A stretch of 64,000 nt of DNA from an uncultured Armatimonadetes bacterium (GCA_963717145.1 OY970325.1:4064001-4128000), one strand, 5' to 3'; counted from the first letter of the stretch, positions 1 to 10,081 are shown. Notes: generated by a model not told the origin, from the letters alone. Made by a program: numbers and translations.

Positions 1-235
1 TACGGCGGAGATCGTCCTCCTTGGTCATGTCCATCGAATCGCATTCGGCCTGAAACCCCTCGGCCCGGAGTTGATCAGCCAGGTCGGAGCACTTCACCCC
101 GTCGCGCGAGACGATCCAGACCTTCGCGCCGGCCTCAGCGAGTCCCCGGCAGAAGACCCTGCCGTATCGCCCGGCACCGCCGGTCACCAGCGCGACCTTC
201 CCATCGAGACTCATCAGCGATCGAACGTCAGTCAT
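1..235 (-). CDS. SDR family oxidoreductase, N-terminal part (runs off window start)
   Basis: Manual translation from ATG 235: MTDVRSLMSLDGKVALVTGGAGRYG (TGxxxxxG Rossmann motif); AGAGAGG RBS upstream. Confidence 0.85.
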   Translation of the reverse strand, partial: MTDVRSLMSLDGKVALVTGGAGRYGRVFCRGLAEAGAKVWIVSRDGVKCSDLADQLRAEGFQAECDSMDMTKEDDLRR

Positions 236-248
236 GCCAAACCTCTCT

Positions 249-408
249 TAGAACACAGATGGCACAGATGGCGGAGGATAGAACAGATGGAATGCTGGAA
301 TAAGAAGGTGTCAGGGCAAGGCATTTCCAACGCTCCACTGCTCCGCTATTCCATCACGCTTCTTCTTTCTCTGTGTCATCCTCCTCAATCCGTGTCATCT
401 GTGTTCTA
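249..408. repeat. Imperfect palindromic element of 9-mer (aacacagat) and 8-mer units
   Basis: tagaacacagatggcacagatggcggaggatag vs the reverse complement of ctgtgtcatcctcctcaatccgtgtcatctgtgttcta; contains the stop codon of the neighbouring gene. Confidence 0.8.
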
Positions 409-1380
409 TGCGTTCAGTAGCTTGAGACATAGGCGTAATGTATGTGCCGCTTCCCGGATGGATGTGAGCAGGGGCGGGCCGCCATCGATCGCCGCGATGA
501 ACGCCTCGGCCTGACGCCTCATTGCTTCGAGATAATCGACCTGCTCGATCGGGAAATCCTCCCAGTCCGTTGCGCCCTTGCGGAAGATCCGGCATGCAAA
601 CCCCGGCTCGGTGATCCGCAGGAAACCGCCCTCCCCGGCGAACTCGAGGATCCCCTCGTTCGGCGGCTGAAACTGGTTCACGTTCATCGTGCCGAGCGCG
701 CCGTTCCGCGAGAAATCGAACGAGAGCGCGACCGCATCCTCGACCTCGACGCCTTCGAGCGCCAGGTGACGGATGATCCCATTGAACTCCCCGATCGGGC
801 CGAGATACGACTGCACGAGGTCGATGTAGTGGCTCGCACAGTCGAGCAGGCATCCACCGCCCATCTCGCGGCGGGCGTAGTATATCTCCCGGTAGTCCGG
901 GCGGTATGTCGTGAACGGCTGACCGGCGTTGACGCGGCAGACGAGCATCTCGCCGAGTTCGCCCGATGCGATCAGCTTGGCGGCGGTCTGATGGGCCGGA
1001 TGGTATCGGCGGACGTATGCCACTCCCGACGGAGGGGCGATCGGCCCCTCGGAAAGCTCGATCAGCTCCTCGACGCCGTCCCACGAGTGCGAGAGCGGCT
1101 TCTCCGACAGCACGGGAATGCCCTCTGTTAGGCACCGGGTCGCCATCGGGACATGGAACGGAGCCGGCGCGCAGATGACGACTCCATCGAACGTCGAGAG
1201 GTCGAGCGACTCCCATCCCGCATCGAGCGGCTCAGCGCCCAACTCAGCCGCGCGGTCGAGCGATTCCCTGCGCGGGTCGATGGTGAAGAGCGCTGGCTTC
1301 GGCTCGACCCCATTGAACGCGCGGATATGCTTGAGGCCGATGCCTCCCGCGCCCACGATCAATATTCGCTTATCCGGCAT
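406..1380 (-). CDS. Gfo/Idh/MocA family oxidoreductase
   Basis: ILIVGAGGIG, EKP motif, GGCLLDCASHYID; start MPDK with GGGGAGAGG RBS. Confidence 0.9.
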   Translation of the reverse strand: MPDKRILIVGAGGIGLKHIRAFNGVEPKPALFTIDPRRESLDRAAELGAEPLDAGWESLDLSTFDGVVICAPAPFHVPMATRCLTEGIPVLSEKPLSHSWDGVEELIELSEGPIAPPSGVAYVRRYHPAHQTAAKLIASGELGEMLVCRVNAGQPFTTYRPDYREIYYARREMGGGCLLDCASHYIDLVQSYLGPIGEFNGIIRHLALEGVEVEDAVALSFDFSRNGALGTMNVNQFQPPNEGILEFAGEGGFLRITEPGFACRIFRKGATDWEDFPIEQVDYLEAMRRQAEAFIAAIDGGPPLLTSIREAAHTLRLCLKLLNA

Positions 1381-1419
1381 TTCCTCTCCCCACAAACCTT
1401 CCGAAACAACTCCGCTAGT

Positions 1420-1533
1420 CCTGAGTATGCCGGTGAATGACGGCATGTAACGAAGGACGGTGGCATATGTACAAGGGTTGGCGCTCCGCAGGCCGCCCTT
1501 CGTTACATGCCGTCATTCACCGGCATACTCAGG
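1420..1533. repeat. REP-like palindrome, perfect 37-bp arms (family ctgag...cgaagg)
   Basis: 1420-1456 is the exact reverse complement of 1497-1533; related to 60234-60340. Confidence 0.9.
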
Positions 1534-1562
1534 GCTGACGGTTATGGTTACCTTCTGACCCC

Positions 1563-2414
1563 TTACCTCCCCAGGATCGCATCCATCGCCCGAGACGTGT
1601 TCTCGATCAGGACCTCGGGATGGAAGCGGTACGGCGGGATCATCTCGGCGGTCAGCGGGCCGTCGTAGCCGACCTCCTCGAGTGCCTGGATCACTTCCGG
1701 CCAGTCTACGTCACCGCTGAGCAGGTCCACGAAGCCGTTGATGTTCCCGATGCTCCTGCGGAAATCCTTGATGTGCACCCGCTTGATCCGATGAGCCAGG
1801 ATGCGGATCCAATCCTGAGGGTAGCCACTGATGACGCAGTTTCCGACATCGAAGTATGCCTGGACCCAGGGGCTGGCGAACTGGTCGATGAACGCCTCCA
1901 TCTCCATCGGGCTGAGGAGCAGCTTGTTCCAGACGTTCTCCGCGCAGATGACGACTCCGGCCGCCTCAGCGTCGGCAATCAACTCATCGAAGCACTCGGT
2001 GACGCGCGCGAACGCGTCGTCGTATCGTACCTTGGGGATGCTCGGATCCCACGGGACATCGACCGCTCCGGGGACGATCAGAACGGCATCCGTTCCGAGT
2101 GCGTGGGCCGCCCCTAGTGCCTTCCGGGCGATGTCCATGGCCTGCGAACGAACACTCGCGTCGTCGGAGGTGAACGGCCACTGGAAGTGCAGGGCGCACC
2201 CGAGGCTCGCGATCTCGATGCCGATATCATTCGAGGCCTGACGAAGCCCCTCCAGTTGGACATCAGACGATTCGAGCGAGACCTCGCCGGTGACGCCGAA
2301 TCCCAGTTCGATCGCCTCGAATCCGGCGGCTTTGGCCTGCTTCATCGCATCGGCGGCCGGCTTGGATCCGTCCAGTCCGCCGGGGAACGACCAGTAGCTG
2401 ATGCTCTTCTTCAT
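1563..2414 (-). CDS. Sugar phosphate isomerase/epimerase (AP-endonuclease-2 TIM barrel, ribulose-5-P 3-epimerase-like)
   Basis: ENVWNK, YFDVGN, VHIKDF, TAEM metal-binding motifs; start MKKSISYW. Confidence 0.85.
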   Translation of the reverse strand: MKKSISYWSFPGGLDGSKPAADAMKQAKAAGFEAIELGFGVTGEVSLESSDVQLEGLRQASNDIGIEIASLGCALHFQWPFTSDDASVRSQAMDIARKALGAAHALGTDAVLIVPGAVDVPWDPSIPKVRYDDAFARVTECFDELIADAEAAGVVICAENVWNKLLLSPMEMEAFIDQFASPWVQAYFDVGNCVISGYPQDWIRILAHRIKRVHIKDFRRSIGNINGFVDLLSGDVDWPEVIQALEEVGYDGPLTAEMIPPYRFHPEVLIENTSRAMDAILGR

Positions 2415-2425
2415 TGCCGGTGCTC

Positions 2426-2538
2426 CTTTGGAGTGCGGTGGCTCGACACCGCTTTTCTCCAGGGCGGCTTGACGCCCCAAGGGCCGCCGTGTCGAGCCAC
2501 GGCTCAGGAAAGCGACGTCGAGCCGTCGCACTCCAAAG
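2426..2538. repeat. GGAGTGCG-type REP cluster
   Basis: ctttggagtgcggtggctcgacacc ... gtcgagccgtcgcactccaaag; same family at 34025-34103 and 54969-55010. Confidence 0.8.
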
Positions 2539-3208
2539 CCCTCACAAATCGCTCCGTGACGATGTGCGGGCGGGTGATCGCCGTGCCGACGACGACCGCG
2601 TATGCGCCCAGATCGAGCGCCTGCCGAGCCTGCTCCGGTGTCCAAATCTTCCCCTCGGCGATGATCGGCACACTGATGCGTGCGACGAGTCCCTCGATGA
2701 GCGCGAAATCCGGCCCATCGGAATGCGCACTGTAGGGCGTGTAGCCGCTCATCGTAGTCGCTACGATATCCGCGCCCGCTTCGGCGGCGGCGATCCCCTC
2801 TTCGAGAGTCGAGATGTCCGCCATGACCGGGAGTCCGAGCGCCTTGACCTGGCCTATCAGTTCAGCGGCGGTGAGGCCGCTCGATCTGGGGCGGAGGGTA
2901 GCATCCAGGGCGATGATATCCGCGCCGGCCTCCAGGATTTCCCCCGCGGCGTCGACCGTAGGTGTGATATAGGGCTCGGTCTCGGAGCGGCCGATCTTGT
3001 TGATGCCGAGCACAGGGAGCTTGACGGCCTGCTTGATGGCTCGGATGTCGTCCGGGCCATCGGCGCGGATTGCGACTGCCCCACCGATCTCGGCGGCGCG
3101 CGCCATGGCTGCCATGATGTGGCTGCCGTGGAGCGGTGTGCCCTCGGCGGCCTGGCATGAGACTATGAGGCCGCCCTTCAGACTCGCGATGACGTTCGGG
3201 TTGATCAA
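2504..3208 (-). CDS. nanE: N-acetylmannosamine-6-phosphate 2-epimerase
   Basis: LIVSCQA, LGINK, YITPT, MADIST, TTMSGYT, AEGKI, VVVGTAITRP signature motifs. Confidence 0.92.
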   Translation of the reverse strand: MINPNVIASLKGGLIVSCQAAEGTPLHGSHIMAAMARAAEIGGAVAIRADGPDDIRAIKQAVKLPVLGINKIGRSETEPYITPTVDAAGEILEAGADIIALDATLRPRSSGLTAAELIGQVKALGLPVMADISTLEEGIAAAEAGADIVATTMSGYTPYSAHSDGPDFALIEGLVARISVPIIAEGKIWTPEQARQALDLGAYAVVVGTAITRPHIVTERFVRALECDGSTSLS

Positions 3209-3260
3209 TCCATCTGAGGTTTACACGTTCGGGGGAGGTTTTCCTTCGGGAGAATGAAGA

Positions 3261-3326
3261 CGGCCGTTCCCCCGGATGTTGGGGCTGGAGTTCAACTCAC
3301 AGCCCCAACATCCGGGCGAACGGCCG
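3261..3326 (-). terminator. Long hairpin, probable terminator between the small ORF and nanE
   Basis: ~27-bp near-perfect arms cggccgttcccccggatgttggggctg / cagccccaacatccgggcgaacggccg. Confidence 0.55.
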
Positions 3327-3400
3327 GTGAAAAAGGGAATCAGTTGCCGACGGGTTGCCGGGTCGATACGCCGCCGGGTGCATTTTGCCTGATCGCCGGA

Positions 3401-3577
3401 TCAGGTCTCATTGGTACCGAGTGCTGCAGTGGCTTCCGTCCGCGCGCCCAGCAGGCATCCCAGCGACGGGCGCAGGATTGCCTGAAGGAACGGTGACCAC
3501 TGAAGGGCTCGATTGCAGGCATGACAGTGTCTGTCAGTGCCGCTACTCCACGTGCCACACCAGAAGCATTTGATCAT
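3401..3577 (-). CDS. Small 58-aa zinc-ribbon-like protein (below the ORF track cutoff)
   Basis: MIKCFWCGTWSSGTDRHCHACNRAL... CxxC-x10-CxxC; AGGAAGG RBS; sigma54 promoter upstream. Confidence 0.65.
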   Translation of the reverse strand: MIKCFWCGTWSSGTDRHCHACNRALQWSPFLQAILRPSLGCLLGARTEATAALGTNET

Positions 3578-3730
3578 GGTGGCGTGTTTCCTTCCTGACT
3601 GCCAATGATCCGGCAGCCATGTATTACCCTTGCGTTTCGGTCCCTAAACCCAGGTCTCTACTCCAATGGGTCAGGACCAGAACCCCGGACATCCGATGTC
3701 CGAGGTGAGGCATCTCCTGGTATGATTACC

Positions 3731-3746
3731 TGCAAGATTCGTGCCA
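3731..3746 (-). promoter_or_regulatory. sigma54 (-24/-12) promoter
   Basis: TGGCACG-AATC-TTGCA on the minus strand, full consensus. Confidence 0.8.
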
Positions 3747-3957
3747 GTAGTGCTAACAGGGGGTATTTTCTGGTATTTTTACTGTGTAGACGTTTGTACA
3801 CAGAACGCTGATCACGCAGGATTTCGGTATGTAGCCTACTTCCTGCGGCAAAACTTGCTTCCCAGGCCACCCTGTCCGGTGCGCTGCAATGCAGGTATTT
3901 GTACCTATTGTATGACTGTGCTGCATGTGGGATTGTTCCCGCCAATCCATGTACTTT

Positions 3958-6195
3958 CTACCTGCTGACGACGCATACGCCATCCTCGGTGAGGGGGCAG
4001 CGATAGAAGCTCGTGCTGGCTATCCGCGTCACTGAGAGCGGCTTGCCGTTGAGCGAGACCTTGGGCATGCGCGGACTCACTATGATCAGTTCCGGCTCGA
4101 CGGGCTTGGGGAAGCTGTAGTGAGGCATCGAAACCTGCAATTGGAATCGGTCACCTCTCTGACTTTCCAGGCGGATGTTGGCGCTCCCGGCATCGACGAC
4201 CTGCAGCTTGTCCGGATCGAGCACCCACACGACGCCCGGCTCGGCGAACACGCCGCTGACGGGCTCTCTCCCGGACATTTCGTAGCCCACCAGGTTCTTC
4301 GGTATCGTCAGATGCTGCCCTCTCTCCAGGCAGTAGTATCCGGGCTCGCGGGCACCTGCATCGCGATTGAGGATGTGCAGCATTCCCGCGCTCCGCATGG
4401 TCGGCGGCTTAAGGCCGAAGAACGACTCCACCAATGCGTCGCAGCCGCTCCTGGGGATGCCGGCGAGGACCATCAGGTTCCCGCGGCGCCAGCCGACGGT
4501 CTGGCCACCTGCCTCGATCCACTCGCCGTCTGTGAAAGCAGGATTCCGCCGGACATTCGGCGTCACGCTCAATTCGACTTTCTTCCGTTCGGACGTCTCG
4601 AATGAAACTGGAGCCGCCAAACTGCCAATCGGACTGATCGGCAGAACGTCGAGCAGGGCATGGGTGAGATCGCGGCTCGTCCTGCGTCCGGGCTCGCAGA
4701 ATAGCTGCGTCTTCGAGCAGACCACGAGGACCTTCTTGTCCTTGGGCACGTTAGCGAGGAGTTCAGTGAGATAGGTGTCGGTCGGCCCGTCGGTGAAGCC
4801 GAGGACCAGGATGACGTTCTCGTAGTCGTCGTACTTGTCCAACTGCTCGGTCAGGAGTACATCGGGGCCGTACTTGACGAGGTCCTCGGACATCGCCTTC
4901 AGGATCGTCCACTGTTCGTTCTCGAGCTTGGCGACTTCGGGGTCTCTCGCGGACTCCGGATTCGCCGGCGGGATGAAGACCGCGAGGTCGCGCGTCGGAC
5001 GCTCGATATGCTTGTACGGGGTCATAAGCTCCAACTGACCGCGCATCACCGCCAGCTCGGTCGCGATACGGTCGGTATTGAACCAGTCCCAGGTGTCATT
5101 CGTGCTGAAGGCGAAGTAGTTGATCGCGGCCGGCTTGAACTGCAGTTCGTGGAACACGGCGCGGTAGACGTTATCTGGCGTGTTGCCGTCCAGGCTGCCG
5201 GATTGGAACTCGTTGTAGAAGGGCCTACGCCCGGTCCGGAGCGCCTGTTGCGCGATGCAGCTACTCGCCAACTCGACGACGACGGGATCGAACAGCGCGA
5301 ACTTGTGCTTGACGTCGTTTCCCTGCAGGTCCTTCTGCCCCAGGTACTCGAACACGTAGTGCGTGACTCCGACGGCGTCCGACGGGTACTTCAGTTGGCG
5401 CATGCTCTGGCCGAATGTGGGAGTGTAGGGGATGCTGAGCAGCCGGCTCGTCACGATCAAGTTATCGCCATGGATGCCGTGGTAGAAGTTGTCCATGCCG
5501 ACGATCACGTGCGTGATCAGGTACTCCTTGAACAGCGTGTGCAGGAAGGTTCTGAACAGACAATCGCTCGGCATGGCGGTACCGAGTGTTGACCATTTCT
5601 CCGAGGTGAACCCGAAGTCTTTCTCGAAGGTGATGCCGTCTCCGTTGCTGTCCTCCGAGGGTGACTTGTCCCCATACAAACCGGCCATCCAGTCGCCGAA
5701 GTCCTTCGACGACTCGGGCGTCACCATCAGCGACTCGACCTCTTCCTTCTTGTGGTTCGTGTAGTAATAGTCGGGCGAGAAATGCGGTTCGCTTCCGGTA
5801 TCGAAACCGAGGCAATACTTGTGCGTTTCCTGTATGGCGTAGAGCTTGTCGCCCATCCCCCGGTAGTCCCAGTGCTCCTTGTCCCAACTGCCGATCGGGA
5901 TGTAGTTGTGGAACAGCTCCACCCACGGGATGCGGGCCTCATCCAGAGCCTCGTTCACCCACGCGTCATGGGTGTCATGAGTGACGAAATCGAACACGTC
6001 GATCAGGTTGGGCACGACCGGCTTCATCGACTGCTCGATGCAGATGTGCGCGCCGATCAACGGCCTCCGACTGTCCTGCGCGCTGTATACGTTCAGCAGT
6101 GGCTTCCGGCCCTCGGTGTGCCATTTCATGATGCTCTCCTGTGCGCAGAGATGAGCGCAGATCAACACGAGCGTTAGAATAATGATAGCGCGCAT
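3958..6195 (-). CDS. Secreted hypothetical protein (possibly glycoside-hydrolase-like)
   Basis: Signal peptide MRAIIILTLVLICAHLCA; 745 aa; directly downstream of GH78. Confidence 0.7.
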   Translation of the reverse strand: MRAIIILTLVLICAHLCAQESIMKWHTEGRKPLLNVYSAQDSRRPLIGAHICIEQSMKPVVPNLIDVFDFVTHDTHDAWVNEALDEARIPWVELFHNYIPIGSWDKEHWDYRGMGDKLYAIQETHKYCLGFDTGSEPHFSPDYYYTNHKKEEVESLMVTPESSKDFGDWMAGLYGDKSPSEDSNGDGITFEKDFGFTSEKWSTLGTAMPSDCLFRTFLHTLFKEYLITHVIVGMDNFYHGIHGDNLIVTSRLLSIPYTPTFGQSMRQLKYPSDAVGVTHYVFEYLGQKDLQGNDVKHKFALFDPVVVELASSCIAQQALRTGRRPFYNEFQSGSLDGNTPDNVYRAVFHELQFKPAAINYFAFSTNDTWDWFNTDRIATELAVMRGQLELMTPYKHIERPTRDLAVFIPPANPESARDPEVAKLENEQWTILKAMSEDLVKYGPDVLLTEQLDKYDDYENVILVLGFTDGPTDTYLTELLANVPKDKKVLVVCSKTQLFCEPGRRTSRDLTHALLDVLPISPIGSLAAPVSFETSERKKVELSVTPNVRRNPAFTDGEWIEAGGQTVGWRRGNLMVLAGIPRSGCDALVESFFGLKPPTMRSAGMLHILNRDAGAREPGYYCLERGQHLTIPKNLVGYEMSGREPVSGVFAEPGVVWVLDPDKLQVVDAGSANIRLESQRGDRFQLQVSMPHYSFPKPVEPELIIVSPRMPKVSLNGKPLSVTRIASTSFYRCPLTEDGVCVVSR

Positions 6196-6200
6196 GATCT

Positions 6201-8987
6201 CTACCTCTCCGAGTCGAACGCATACCTGCCCGATCCCACTTCGAAAACCGCATGGCCGTTCTCGAAGCGCACGGCCTTCAAGCCATCGGATTCCCTCACG
6301 CTGGTCGCATCCTTCGCCGGGACGTGGACGGTGGCCGTCGTGTTCGGCGGAATCGTCAGGTCCCACCGGAACGACTTGCCGTCGAGCGACCACGCGCTCG
6401 CGATCCGTCCGTTCGGGCCATCGTGCCAGGCCCTCACCCACGTCAGCCCGCCGACGAGGTCGGGACGGAGCACCAGTCGGCGGAACCCGACTTTCGGTCG
6501 GATGCCGGCCAAGTCCTCCATGAACCACACGTGTATCGGCGCGGCCAGCGACGGCATCTGCACTCCACCGCCGTCCCACGCCTCCTGATACGTCCCCTGC
6601 CGCACCATGCCGAACCAGCCGGGGGTGTCCGGCTGTGTGGCGATTGTCCATGCCAGGTCCGGGCGGCCGATGTCCGACAGCGTGGTCAGCAGGATCGGCG
6701 TTCCGACGAAGCCGGACGCAATGTGGTTGTTCGCCTCCTCGACCGCCTTGGCCAGACGCGCCTCGACCTTCGGCTTCACCTCGCTCGGAGTCAGCCCGAG
6801 AGCCAAGGGGAGCGACTGAGCGGTCTGTCCGCCCTTGAGGTCATAGACGCCGGTCTCGGTATCGAGGAAAGTGCGGTTGAATGTCGCTCGTATCTCACCT
6901 GCGCGACGCTCGTAGAGAGCGTGATCGTCCGGGTGATCGAGCACGGATGCTGTGTCGGCCATGATCTGTGCGAACCACGCGAGTGCGGCGGTCGATGTGT
7001 AGACGACCCTCGCCTTCGAAGTCTCGACTGCCAGCCAGTCGCCGAGTCCCCACCACAGCACGTCCTTGCCCGTCGGTCCTTCGAGCCTCGGCCAGGCGGC
7101 CCGCGCCTTCTCATCCACACAGAGCTGCTCCAGGTACGCGAAATGCGCCTTCATCCCCTCGTAGCTCTCAGCCAACAATGATGTATCCCCATACGCCTGG
7201 TAGTAGAGCCACGGCGTATAGAGTATCGCGCCGCCCCACCACGGGCCGTTGATGTCCGGCGCCTCGAACCGACCGGGCACGACCGGTGCGACGTAGCCAT
7301 CGGGGAACTGCCCATCGAGGAAGTCGAGCTGCCACTTGCGGTACGTCGGGCCGACATCGTAGAACCACGACTCGGCCGGGAACTGGTTCCAGACATCCTG
7401 CGTCCACGGCGACTTCTCGCGGACCGGATCGTTCGGGATCTGGATGATGTAGTTGTAGACCGTGCGGCGGAAGACCTCCTGGAGGCGGTTGAGGCGTTCA
7501 TCCGAGCAGGCGAACTTGCCGACCACCGGCAGATCGGTCGCCGTCACGACGCCGACGAGGTCCTCGGCTTTCGGCTCATACCCGAGCCCCGAGACATCGA
7601 CCGCGCCGAATCCGTGGTACGTCAGGCTCGGCTGGCAGACCTCTTCGCCCTCACCCCGCGCGGTGTAGATGTCGGTCTGATAGCGCCCGAACGTGTGACC
7701 GCTGCCGCCGAGGACGTTCATAGTCACCACCTGCCCGGGCTTCGCTCTCAGCTTCAAGCGGGGGACGCCGCCGACTCCCTCCCTCAGGGTGAACCGCCAC
7801 TTGTCCTCGCCCACTTTCTCGACCTTGGCTGCGGGGATCTCCTCCAGCGCTCGCACCGGATAGAGCAGTTGCGCCGACATCCGGCCCTTGGGGGACGAAG
7901 CGGGTAGGGCGGGTTTCCATGTTGAGTCATCGAACCCCGGCGCGGACCAGCCGGGCATCTCCTTCCGAGCGTCGTATGTGTTTCCGCCCGCAAAGCAGTT
8001 GTAGCGGACCGGGCCGTCGGTCGTGAACCTCCAACGCCGGTCGGTGCCGATGATCGCTCGGCTGCCGTCCGTATACTCGATCTCCAGGTCCATCCTGAGC
8101 TGTGGCGGCGAGATGAAGTCCGAGCGGTAATATCCGTGGAAGAGCGGGCTGATCGGATTGAACCAGCCGTTGCCGAGCACGATGCCGACGGCATTTCGGC
8201 CCTGCCTGAGCGACTCCGTAACGTCGCGGACGACGTAGGGCACGCGCTTCTCGTAGTCGCACATGGCGGGATCGAGGAGGTTCGGGCCGACGAACCGGCC
8301 GTTGATGTGCAGTTCGAAGCATCCGAGGCCGGAGACATAGGCGACCGCGCGTCGGATGCTCTTCGGCGCGTCGAACTCCCGGCGCGTATAGACCGCGGGC
8401 GCCTCATTCGCGTCCTTCGACATCTCGGCGATCTTGCCACCGAGTCCCCACAATATGCCGCAGTACCCATTGTTCCGGCCCGGATCGGGAAACGCCTTCA
8501 GTTCCTTCTGGTAAGACATCAGCTCGAGGTCGGAAGCGATCCACTGCCCGCGCCAGTCCTTCGGGCTGAGGATGCCCATTGTCCACTCGGCGGGTTGGCT
8601 CCATGCGGAGGGCCGGTTGTCCTGGTCCCAAACACGCACCTTCCAGAAGACCCGCTGCCGAGATGCGAGTGGTTTGCCGGCATAGGGGATTGCGACCGTT
8701 GAGTCCGAGGTCACCCCACAGCTGTCCCACAGGTCGCCCCTGTTCGCCCTCAACTCCGCCGCGGAGGACGCGACGATCACTTGATAAGCCATCTGCCTGA
8801 GGCCGCGGGAAGCCGGATCGGCCGCCTCGCAGACCCACGACAGGTGTGGGTGGGCCTGATCGACGCCAGGTGGATTCACCATCCGCTCGCACGTCAACTG
8901 CACCGGGTTGAGCGCGGCGTTCTGAGCCGATGCGCCTGATGCGGCGATGATGAGGATGAGCAGTGACAGTGCGACCCGACGAGTCAT
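6201..8987 (-). CDS. GH78 alpha-L-rhamnosidase-like protein
   Basis: Signal peptide; AYQVIVAS, DLWDS, YVSGLG, LGNGW, DPVREKSPWTQD, GLGDW, SGFVGT motifs. Confidence 0.88.
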   Translation of the reverse strand: MTRRVALSLLILIIAASGASAQNAALNPVQLTCERMVNPPGVDQAHPHLSWVCEAADPASRGLRQMAYQVIVASSAAELRANRGDLWDSCGVTSDSTVAIPYAGKPLASRQRVFWKVRVWDQDNRPSAWSQPAEWTMGILSPKDWRGQWIASDLELMSYQKELKAFPDPGRNNGYCGILWGLGGKIAEMSKDANEAPAVYTRREFDAPKSIRRAVAYVSGLGCFELHINGRFVGPNLLDPAMCDYEKRVPYVVRDVTESLRQGRNAVGIVLGNGWFNPISPLFHGYYRSDFISPPQLRMDLEIEYTDGSRAIIGTDRRWRFTTDGPVRYNCFAGGNTYDARKEMPGWSAPGFDDSTWKPALPASSPKGRMSAQLLYPVRALEEIPAAKVEKVGEDKWRFTLREGVGGVPRLKLRAKPGQVVTMNVLGGSGHTFGRYQTDIYTARGEGEEVCQPSLTYHGFGAVDVSGLGYEPKAEDLVGVVTATDLPVVGKFACSDERLNRLQEVFRRTVYNYIIQIPNDPVREKSPWTQDVWNQFPAESWFYDVGPTYRKWQLDFLDGQFPDGYVAPVVPGRFEAPDINGPWWGGAILYTPWLYYQAYGDTSLLAESYEGMKAHFAYLEQLCVDEKARAAWPRLEGPTGKDVLWWGLGDWLAVETSKARVVYTSTAALAWFAQIMADTASVLDHPDDHALYERRAGEIRATFNRTFLDTETGVYDLKGGQTAQSLPLALGLTPSEVKPKVEARLAKAVEEANNHIASGFVGTPILLTTLSDIGRPDLAWTIATQPDTPGWFGMVRQGTYQEAWDGGGVQMPSLAAPIHVWFMEDLAGIRPKVGFRRLVLRPDLVGGLTWVRAWHDGPNGRIASAWSLDGKSFRWDLTIPPNTTATVHVPAKDATSVRESDGLKAVRFENGHAVFEVGSGRYAFDSER

Positions 8988-9074
8988 GTTGGCCTCCGGG
9001 AGAATCGTTGGGTTAACGGTTCAGCAGGAGGGTGGGGGAATCCTTGTGGGAGAGCTTTTCGACGAAGTCGCGGG

Positions 9075-9205
9075 CGTCGCGTGAGAGGTTAGGAGTCGGC
9101 ATTCAGCATCCTCTCGACGAACTCCCTGGTCTCCCCCTCGCCGATCAGTCCCTTCTCGGAGGCCATCCTGGCGCGGACCCGCCCACACCGAATCCTCCAG
9201 CGCCT
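9075..9205 (-). repeat. Copy 1 of a ~130-bp diverged direct repeat (antitoxin C-terminus plus toxin-like start, remnant)
   Basis: Near-identical to 9735-9866; encodes EDSVWA..RARMASEKGLIG..ERMLNADS*. Confidence 0.7.
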
Positions 9206-9239
9206 GCAACACGGAGTACCGAGCGCTGGAAGAAAGCCG

Positions 9240-9401
9240 CTACCGCTCCTTCGCAGATTCGCCAATCGCCTGATCTGAGTGTTTCCGGAAGAACTCCGCT
9301 ATCTCTGGTTTCTGCATTTCTCCCGGGTCGCTGCCATGTAGTTCTATCTGGTGGCCGTGGATCTCCAGCACTTCTTCCAGCGTCAGAAATATCGGATTCA
9401 T
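9240..9401 (-). pseudogene. Doc/Fic toxin remnant with internal deletion
   Basis: MNPIFLTLEEVLEIH (Doc-like N-term) joined to KPEIAEFFRKHS (C-term); no HPFxDGNKR motif; follows the antitoxin. Confidence 0.7.
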
Positions 9402-9405
9402 GCAA

Positions 9406-9633
9406 TCAATCCGCCAAATTCTTGTATGCCTTCCCGAACTTCTCGTCTGAGCGTTTGAGTACACGGCTGAACTTCTCTCTGCGCTTGGCGTCAGGCATCG
9501 GCACTATTATGAGCTTCTTGCCGTCAGTGGATATCTCCAGAGGAGTATCATCTGTAATCTTGAGAAGATCCAGCACGCCCTTATCGATTATGAGAGCCCT
9601 GCTGTTCCCGCATTTGGTCAGGGTCTTAATCAT
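9406..9633 (-). CDS. AbrB/MazE family antitoxin
   Basis: KCGNSRALIIDKGVLDLLKI..LEIS..KLIIVP swapped-hairpin pattern. Confidence 0.85.
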   Translation of the reverse strand: MIKTLTKCGNSRALIIDKGVLDLLKITDDTPLEISTDGKKLIIVPMPDAKRREKFSRVLKRSDEKFGKAYKNLAD

Positions 9634-9679
9634 TTCGTATTCCTCCGCACGGAAGTTGCGATACTTACTCCGTTCGTAC

Positions 9680-9708
9680 ATTGTATAGCCATTATCGGCT
9701 TTTGTCAA
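9680..9708 (-). promoter_or_regulatory. sigma70 promoter of the antitoxin
   Basis: TTGACA-17-TACAAT. Confidence 0.7.
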
Positions 9709-9734
9709 CCGGTTTCTCAGAGGAGGATTCCGAG

Positions 9735-9866
9735 GGTGTCGCGTGAGAGGTTAGGAGTCGGCATTGAGCATTCTCTCGATGAACTCCCCGGTCTTCTCCT
9801 CGCCGATCAGCCCCTTCTCGGAGGCCATCCTGGCGCGCACCGCCCACACGGAATCCTCAATCGCCT
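9735..9866 (-). repeat. Copy 2 of the ~130-bp direct repeat
   Basis: See 9075-9205. Confidence 0.7.
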
Positions 9867-10081
9867 CGGAGTTCACTTCACCGGGACTGCCAATGCGGAG
9901 AGTTCTTGTTCACGGACGATTCTTGGTGGGGGAGCCGTGTCCTCGGCAAGAACCGAGGCTGGCACGTTTCTCCAGGTAGTCATCACCGTCCGTATACCAC
10001 GGACAAAGTGGAGTAGGCCACCTTGTCCGGGCATAGCCGTCCGCATCCGGCCAAGTCCCATCTCAGTGATCTGGGGCGCGA

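Noticed and set aside
3580-3720. c-di-GMP riboswitch in the leader
   Set aside because: Only scattered similarity (GAAA, CGCAA); the core consensus is not recognisable
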